Source: an uncultured Thermoprotei archaeon
GTDB taxonomy: Archaea; Thermoproteota; Thermoprotei; Thermofilales; B15-G2
Length of the DNA: 64,000 nucleotides
Assembly (NCBI GenBank): GCA_965367815.1
Contig: CBDUKN010000013.1
Span: 1 to 64,000 of the forward strand
Direction of reading: 5' to 3'
The position numbers were made by a program, and so were the translations under genes. Positions within the stretch are counted from its first letter, which is position 1; each line of letters starts with the position of its first letter. Of the stretch, positions 57,993 through 64,000 are shown one piece after another. The notes beneath the pieces were generated by a model. It had not been told where the DNA came from. It saw only the letters and a list, made by a program, of their open reading frames with translations, and ran no database searches.

Positions 57993-58091
57993 GGGATCAC
58001 CGCAAAGCTATACTTTCTTTTACGAGACTATTATTAGGTTTACGCCTTCAGAAAATTTATATTTTAAGTTCGGAATGAAAAATAGTAATTA

Positions 58092-58967
58092 ATGAGCGTT
58101 ATTAGAGAGTTCGATCCATGGAAAAGTCCTCTCTGTACATGTCCTCCAAAATACTCGCTTTCGCCTTACACAGGGTGTGGGCACTCTTGCATTTACTGCT
58201 ATGCATCATCGTACATTAGAAACTTTTACAAAGTCAGGTCTAAGAAAAATCTACTCACAAGAATCAAAAAGGATTTAAGAAAGATAGATAGAAATAAAGT
58301 AATATCTATAGCAAATAGCTCAGACCCCTATACTCCTCCTGAAGCAGAGTTAAAGTTGACCAGAGAAGTTTTAAAAATCCTAGTTCCAGCTGGATGTAAA
58401 ATACTGCTTGTAACAAAATCCGATCTAGTGTTGAGAGATTTAGACATAATCAAGCGAGGTAAAGTCAGCGTAAGTATTACAATAACTACTCTCGACAAAA
58501 GGTTAGCTAAAATACTTGAACCCGGAGCCCCTCCACCCGATCACAGAATAAAGGCCGTTAGAGTTCTTTCAAAAGAAGGAATAGGAGTTTCTGTTAGAGT
58601 AGACCCTATTATACCTCTAATTAACGACAATTTTAAAGAGATAGAAAAACTTGTTGAAGAAGTCAGCAAGGCTGGAGCAAAACACCTAATAACATCAACT
58701 TATAAAGCTAAGCCAGACTCTCTCGTCAGAATAATTAGAGCTTTTCCCGATCATGCCCAGAAATTTAAGGAACTTTACTTAAATGAAGGAGAAAGAATTT
58801 CAGGCTACCGGTACTTGAAAAATGAAAAGAGACTAAGCATAATTAAAGAGGTGAGAAATATTGCTCTAGCACATGGACTGACTTTTGCTTCATGTAGAGA
58901 AGGCTTCGGCTACTTGAATACGGCCATATGCGACGGATCACATTTAATAGACTATTGTTTACGCTAG
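58092..58967 (+). CDS. SplB-like radical SAM protein
   Basis: PYTGCGHSCIYCYA, SSDPY, VTKS, LEPGAP. Confidence 0.9.
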   Translation: MSVIREFDPWKSPLCTCPPKYSLSPYTGCGHSCIYCYASSYIRNFYKVRSKKNLLTRIKKDLRKIDRNKVISIANSSDPYTPPEAELKLTREVLKILVPAGCKILLVTKSDLVLRDLDIIKRGKVSVSITITTLDKRLAKILEPGAPPPDHRIKAVRVLSKEGIGVSVRVDPIIPLINDNFKEIEKLVEEVSKAGAKHLITSTYKAKPDSLVRIIRAFPDHAQKFKELYLNEGERISGYRYLKNEKRLSIIKEVRNIALAHGLTFASCREGFGYLNTAICDGSHLIDYCLR

Positions 58968-59003
58968 ACTTAAATTGCTATATTCCATTTTAATTATAAG
59001 AAA

Positions 59004-59843
59004 ATGGCTGATTCATACTCCCTCTCAGTGCTCACAGATGAATTATATGCCTTAATTAAAGAAAAGAAAGAGTTATCGTTTGATGAACTTAAGAAATGGA
59101 TGAAGAAAAAAGAGATAGGGTATTTGTCACTTTATGCTGTAGTGGAAGAGCTCTCAAAAAAGGCTGATGTGTGTTTCTCTGAAGAGAAAGTGGCTGTTGA
59201 GCTTTCTCCTATTTTTACATTTAATTTTCCTCAAAAAATATTTCTGAAGATAAAGAAAGAAGAAAAGAAGATTGAGAAGAAAGAGGAGAAAAAAGAGAAA
59301 GTTGAGGAAGTAATACCATTACGGTATACACCGGTAAAAACGACAAAGACGTCCAAAAAGAAAATGGAGAAGTCTAAGCGACATAAAACGCTAACTAGAG
59401 TAAAGCCTTTAATAGAGCTCATACCTCAGCCAAGACCTGAAGAAAAAGTTGAAAAAGTAGAAGAGAAAGAGGAGAAAGTAGAAGAAAAGAAAATAGAAAA
59501 AGAAATTAAAGAGAAGCCAAAGGAAGTTTCTAAAGAAGAAATAATTGAAGAGCGTAAAGAAGAAAAAGAACTTACAAAAGAAGAAGAGGAGAAAATACTT
59601 GAACAGTTTGACGAAGACATGAGAAAAGCTATAGTGTATTTAAATAACTACTGGAGCGTAGGTGCAATAAGATTCATGCAAGATCTCAAAAGAATGGGTG
59701 TAAAAGACCCTAGAAGGCTTATGCTTAAGTTAGCGGAACTAGGTTTTGTTGAGATAGTACCTGATGGAGTAGTAAACGCTACACCAAAACTACCTAAAGT
59801 AGGTAAGAAGATAACGCTAATAGATTTACTGGGCTTGAGCTAA
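59004..59843 (+). CDS. Hypothetical protein, two wHTH-like domains joined by an E/K-rich linker
   Basis: Low-complexity centre; YWSVG-containing C-terminal domain. Confidence 0.7.
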   Translation: MADSYSLSVLTDELYALIKEKKELSFDELKKWMKKKEIGYLSLYAVVEELSKKADVCFSEEKVAVELSPIFTFNFPQKIFLKIKKEEKKIEKKEEKKEKVEEVIPLRYTPVKTTKTSKKKMEKSKRHKTLTRVKPLIELIPQPRPEEKVEKVEEKEEKVEEKKIEKEIKEKPKEVSKEEIIEERKEEKELTKEEEEKILEQFDEDMRKAIVYLNNYWSVGAIRFMQDLKRMGVKDPRRLMLKLAELGFVEIVPDGVVNATPKLPKVGKKITLIDLLGLS

Positions 59844-59845
59844 AT

Positions 59846-60205
59846 TTACTTTGGCAGATTGTCTGCTAGTTCTTTAGGTACGTATATGGGTACTCTGTGA
59901 TTTAAGTTCACTGGAACAATTACTTCCTCTTCATGTAGAGTTCTCAGAAGAGCTTTAGCTAAGCTTATTTTAATGTTGAGTCTTGTAGCTAAGACATATG
60001 GAGTTATACATTTCATTTTCTTTACTTCGCTCTGAGCCAACTTGATTAAGTCTTCATTTACTAGAGGAACTATCTTAGGCAGAGTAAGAGTAGGTGTTTC
60101 AAGTTTGCCTTTCTTCTTTCTCTTCTTAGCTTTCTTGCTCTCTTCTTGCATTCTACTGAGCCTTTTTTCTAGCTGGGAGAGAGTTGGTTTCTTCTTACCT
60201 CCCAT
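59846..60205 (-). CDS. rps25e: 30S ribosomal protein S25e
   Basis: MGGKKKPTLSQLEK, ITPYVLA..IKISLAK. Confidence 0.9.
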   Translation of the reverse strand: MGGKKKPTLSQLEKRLSRMQEESKKAKKRKKKGKLETPTLTLPKIVPLVNEDLIKLAQSEVKKMKCITPYVLATRLNIKISLAKALLRTLHEEEVIVPVNLNHRVPIYVPKELADNLPK

Positions 60206-60320
60206 GGTTTCACCATTAATACATAATTATAGCAACTATTTAAGTTTACTTAAAGGACTTAGTTGAAGAAAGTCACAGTAAAAAGTAAATAATACTTTTA
60301 TTGCTTCTGGGAGATTGCAC

Positions 60321-60413
60321 TCACTTAATGAATAATGTGACAAGGGCGACGAGCAAAGACAGAATGAAGAGTACTACTAGTAGTAGCGCTGAAATGGCTT
60401 TACGTCTAGACAT
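60321..60413 (-). CDS. 30-aa hydrophobic micropeptide with class III signal-like motif (not in ORF track)
   Basis: MSRRKAISALLLVVLFILSLLVALVTLFIK*, TATA-like TTAATATA ~25 nt upstream. Confidence 0.6.
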   Translation of the reverse strand: MSRRKAISALLLVVLFILSLLVALVTLFIK

Positions 60414-60531
60414 ATGTCTATTATCTCTCGTTCAAGTATATTAATATTCTTTAAAGTCCCGAAGTTTCACGAGAAAATTTTCTTGTAGGCAATGCTAATA
60501 AATAGGCTTATGCGCTAATATTTAGGAGACT

Positions 60532-61074
60532 ATGGATTTATTTGAAGCTATTGAAGGTAGAAGGAGTATAAGAGCCTATCTCCCTGACCCTGTAAAAGAA
60601 GAAGACTTGAGAAGAATTCTTGAAGCTGCAATTAAAGCTCCTTCTGCAGGTAATCTTCAGCCATGGGAATTTATTGTGGTTAAGGACCCTGAAATAAAAA
60701 GAAAGCTTAGTGAGGCGGCTTTAGGACAGGAATTTATCGAAGAAGCGCCAATAGTGATTGTTGTATGCGCAAATACCATGCGTTCAAGCTCTGTGTACGG
60801 TAGTAGAGGTGCATCGCTATACTGTATACAAGATACTGCAGCCGCTATTCAGAACATGCTATTAGCGGCGTATGCCTTGGGATATGGAACATGCTGGGTC
60901 GGCGCTTTCTACGAAGACGAAGTATCGCGAATACTAGGTCTCCCGAGCTACATAAGGCCAGTAGCTATAATACCTTTAGGAAAGCCTGCTGAGCGCCCTT
61001 CACCTAGACCTAGAAGACCTTTAGAAGAAGTAGTTCATTTAAATAAGTATGGAAGGAAGTATTTTAGTGGATAG
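60532..61074 (+). CDS. Nitroreductase family protein
   Basis: RRSIRAY, APSAGNLQPW, GTCWVGAF. Confidence 0.93.
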   Translation: MDLFEAIEGRRSIRAYLPDPVKEEDLRRILEAAIKAPSAGNLQPWEFIVVKDPEIKRKLSEAALGQEFIEEAPIVIVVCANTMRSSSVYGSRGASLYCIQDTAAAIQNMLLAAYALGYGTCWVGAFYEDEVSRILGLPSYIRPVAIIPLGKPAERPSPRPRRPLEEVVHLNKYGRKYFSG

Positions 61075-61077
61075 AAG

Positions 61078-62331
61078 ATGGCTAAAAAAATCAGAGTAAG
61101 ACTATACGTAGACTCACTAGATTCCCCCATAGTTAAAATATTCAGAGAAGCTGTAGACGTATTTACTTATGTCTACGGCAGAGAAGCTATTGAAGCCGAT
61201 GTAGCTCTTTCTTTATCAAGAATCGATCTCCCTGTAGTCTCAATAAATGGAGTAGAGGTATTAAAAAGCAAAGTTCCACAAGTAGATGAGCTGGTAAGCA
61301 TATTTATAGAGTTTTATCACCGTGCACCTGAAGAACAAGTTGTTGAGGAAAAACCTAAGCCAGCTGAAATAAAGCCAGAGAAAGTAGAGAAAAAGCCTCC
61401 ACTCGAGAAGCCTACGTCAAAGCCTCCCGAAAAACCGCCAACACCTCCATTAAAGCCCCCTGAAAAGAAGGTCGAGACTAAAGAAGTTAAACCTAAGCCC
61501 GAGGCAAAAACAAAAACGATTTACGAAGAAAAAAGACCCAAACCTTCGAAGAAACCAAAGAAAGCTAAAGCTGTGCTAAGGCTCATTGTCTTAGGTGAAG
61601 ATGATGCAAATCAGAGACTTCTAGCACTAAATGCTAGAAGCGCAGTTAATGCAATGAAAATACTTTATGGATCTAGAATAAGGCTTGTAGAGCTGAGTAC
61701 AACATCTCCTAAAGGCGCAGAACTCGCCAAGAAATTAAATATCTCTACTCTACCAGCCCTCGTACTAGGACACAAAGTAATCTCAGCTGGAAAAATACTT
61801 TCTTCGGAGGAAATACTAGATATTCTGAAAAGAGAACTGGCTCTAGCCAAAGTAGCTAAAGCAAAAAAGCCTAAAAAGAAAGAAATGTTCACACCCTTAG
61901 CTCTGAGCTTATTGATATTTATTGCGCTCTTACTAGTAGCTTCTCTACTGACGCCTTTGCTCAAAATATTCTATATAGTAACTAGGAATGTTATTCTCCT
62001 CACTGGATTTCACGCATATCTAACAGAGTCAGCGTTAATTGTAGAAGAGTTCACAATACCATTCTCGGTATCCTATGCGCTTATACCATCACTGATAGCC
62101 GCTATACTTCTATACGCACTTACTCCCGGTCTAAAGTCAAGAGATAAACTCGTGCTAATAGTATTGTGCATTGCCGTATTAACTCTGCTAGAAGTACTCA
62201 GAGTAGTAGTAATAGCTTTCGTGAGCGTAACTGAAGGAAAAGTCTCTCCATTCATTTTAAAGTACTCACAGTACGTTTACTTGCCTTTAGTCCTAATTAC
62301 TTGGTACTTCTCGGCTGCAAAATCTAAATAG
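61078..62331 (+). CDS. Two thioredoxin-like domains, P/K-rich linker and archaeosortase/exosortase-like membrane domain
   Basis: LPVVSING and LPALVLG cis-Pro loops without CxxC; LLEVLRV in TM region. Confidence 0.6.
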   Translation: MAKKIRVRLYVDSLDSPIVKIFREAVDVFTYVYGREAIEADVALSLSRIDLPVVSINGVEVLKSKVPQVDELVSIFIEFYHRAPEEQVVEEKPKPAEIKPEKVEKKPPLEKPTSKPPEKPPTPPLKPPEKKVETKEVKPKPEAKTKTIYEEKRPKPSKKPKKAKAVLRLIVLGEDDANQRLLALNARSAVNAMKILYGSRIRLVELSTTSPKGAELAKKLNISTLPALVLGHKVISAGKILSSEEILDILKRELALAKVAKAKKPKKKEMFTPLALSLLIFIALLLVASLLTPLLKIFYIVTRNVILLTGFHAYLTESALIVEEFTIPFSVSYALIPSLIAAILLYALTPGLKSRDKLVLIVLCIAVLTLLEVLRVVVIAFVSVTEGKVSPFILKYSQYVYLPLVLITWYFSAAKSK

Positions 62332-62749
62332 ATTCTTTAATAAGGATTCTAGCAGGTATACCGTTACATGTCTCAACTAGAAGAGAAAATCCCTCGATAT
62401 CTCCAGTAGTTTTAGCTAAATACTCTACAATTTTCCTGACCTTGCTTAGTGAGTTTATTTTATCGTTGAGAGATCTCAGCACCTCTTCAATTACATTTAA
62501 TTCGTCTATTGCTCTAGCGCCTATAACCACTTTCAGGCCAGCGATATCTACTTCATATATTGATGTTGCTTTAGATCCTATTATTTTACTAAATACTTCA
62601 TCTAAACGCTTTAATCTCTCTGCCTTTACTTTTAATTCCTTATATCTTTCCGAAAGAGACTCTATTTGTTTTCTGGCCTTTGAGATTTCTTCATCTACGT
62701 AGGATAATAGCTCTTCAAAGCTATTAAAGGCAAGCATACTATATGACAT
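62324..62749 (-). CDS. Hypothetical coiled-coil protein
   Basis: 141 aa, helical hairpin pattern ending NGIPARILIK. Confidence 0.7.
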   Translation of the reverse strand: MSYSMLAFNSFEELLSYVDEEISKARKQIESLSERYKELKVKAERLKRLDEVFSKIIGSKATSIYEVDIAGLKVVIGARAIDELNVIEEVLRSLNDKINSLSKVRKIVEYLAKTTGDIEGFSLLVETCNGIPARILIKESI

Positions 62750-62859
62750 ATCTGGTTTTTAGTACGAGTATAGCAATATAAATATATTTCTTGTATTCAA
62801 AGGCTATCTTTACTAATAATACTCTAAACTTATTAAGAAGATGTTGTTAGAGAGTACAG

Positions 62860-63678
62860 GTGCCCATGAACAACTTGGGCGCGGCAATGTCTAATGCTCT
62901 CTTCAGGGTACTTAGCTTAATCGGAGCGTACAAAATATATGAAAAGGCCTTACTGAAGCAAATAAAGTCTAAAGAACTGCCTTCTCACGTAGCTTTTATT
63001 CTAGACGGAAATAGGCGATGGGCTAGAAAAAGGGGGCTTCCTCCATGGTATGGACATGAGCAAGGCGCGAAGAAGGCAGAACAAGTGCTTAAATGGTGCC
63101 TCGAGCTAGGCATTAAAACGGTAAGCCTTTATGTTCTTTCCACAGAGAATCTCAAGCGAAGACCAGAGGAAGTAGCGAAGATACTTGAATTAGCAGAGAG
63201 ATACTTAAATAGAGCGCTAAACGAAGAGCTTTTTGATAAATATAAAGTAAAAGTAAAAGCCTTAGGGAGAATAGATCTACTCCCACCTTCTCTTCAAGAA
63301 AAAATAAGGGCGCTGGAGAAAAAGACTGCCAACTACTCTAATCACTACCTAAACATATGCATTGCCTATGGAGGAAGACGAGAGATCGTAGATGCGGTTA
63401 AAAAAATATGCCGCGATGTACTCGAGGGAAAAATTAAACTAGAGCAAATAAATGAAGAACTTCTTAAAAAATACCTTTATACCTCTCACTTACCTAATCC
63501 GGAGCCAGATCTTGTTATAAGAACAAGCGGTGAAGCTAGAATAAGCAATTTTCTACTCTACCAAATAGCTTACAGTGAATTACTTTTCTTAGACGTCTAC
63601 TGGCCTGATTTCAGGAAAATAGATTTGCTTAGAGCAATTAGAATTTACCAGCAGAGAAACAGAAGATTTGGTAGATAG
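62860..63678 (+). CDS. uppS: cis-Prenyltransferase (polyprenyl diphosphate synthase)
   Basis: HVAFILDGNRRWA, STEN, YGGR, IRTSGEARISNFLL. Confidence 0.95.
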   Translation: MPMNNLGAAMSNALFRVLSLIGAYKIYEKALLKQIKSKELPSHVAFILDGNRRWARKRGLPPWYGHEQGAKKAEQVLKWCLELGIKTVSLYVLSTENLKRRPEEVAKILELAERYLNRALNEELFDKYKVKVKALGRIDLLPPSLQEKIRALEKKTANYSNHYLNICIAYGGRREIVDAVKKICRDVLEGKIKLEQINEELLKKYLYTSHLPNPEPDLVIRTSGEARISNFLLYQIAYSELLFLDVYWPDFRKIDLLRAIRIYQQRNRRFGR

Positions 63679-64000
63679 CTACTTTGTGATACTCTTTAAT
63701 GTTGTTAAGTACTCCTTTATGGTTTTTATAGCCGAATTATACTCTGATATTGACGCGTTTTTCCCGTATAAAACCACTATTCCTCTATAATCATACTTTG
63801 TCAGCAGCTTAACCAATCTATAGAGATTTGATCTCTTTTTCTTAAAAACTATGTAAGGGACTCTCAGTAGCTTAATGTAGCCCATGTGCATTAACACCTC
63901 TGAAATAGTTTTCCTCTTTTCACTTACTCTTTTTACATCAAATGAAATTCCGCAGTTGAAGAATATTTCTTCGTTTAAAAATGATATAGCTTCCTCTATA
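63679..64000 (-). CDS. Partial ORF (5' end outside window), hypothetical
   Basis: Frame of the 63679..63897 ORF stays open to the window edge. Confidence 0.6.
   Translation of the reverse strand, partial: IEEAISFLNEEIFFNCGISFDVKRVSEKRKTISEVLMHMGYIKLLRVPYIVFKKKRSNLYRLVKLLTKYDYRGIVVLYGKNASISEYNSAIKTIKEYLTTLKSITK

Noticed and set aside
59250-59600. A/G-rich repetitive DNA
   Set aside because: Explained by the Glu/Lys-rich protein linker; not a tandem repeat or CRISPR array

Overview
Gene-dense, low-GC archaeal chromosomal segment. Evidence points to a TACK/Thermoproteota archaeon, plausibly Thermofilales-like (rps25e, GAPOR, CarS, PCNA, GTPBP1-type GTPase, TATA-type and mostly leaderless promoters, many C/D sRNAs). 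Most genes are housekeeping: sucCD, rnhB, rpiA, deoC, AOR/GAPOR, RNA modification and DNA repair enzymes, uppS. I found no tRNA, rRNA, CRISPR array or transposase. Features the ORF track misses: (1) a stand-alone, TATA-driven ~152-nt RNA (10748-10899, minus) closed by a GC stem carrying a canonical bulge-helix-bulge, predicting a 123-nt circular RNA; (2) six C/D-box sRNAs and one H/ACA-like RNA; (3) a 30-aa ORF with a class III signal peptide. Notable gene-level features: (4) an operon with a divergent RadA paralog, a SWIM protein and a C2H2 finger (Shu-complex-like) behind a tandem palindromic operator, next to a MoxR/VWA module with membrane-tethered regulators; (5) tandem eIF2B-family paralogs sharing 100%-identical patches. 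All calls come from motif recognition by eye; no database searches were run.
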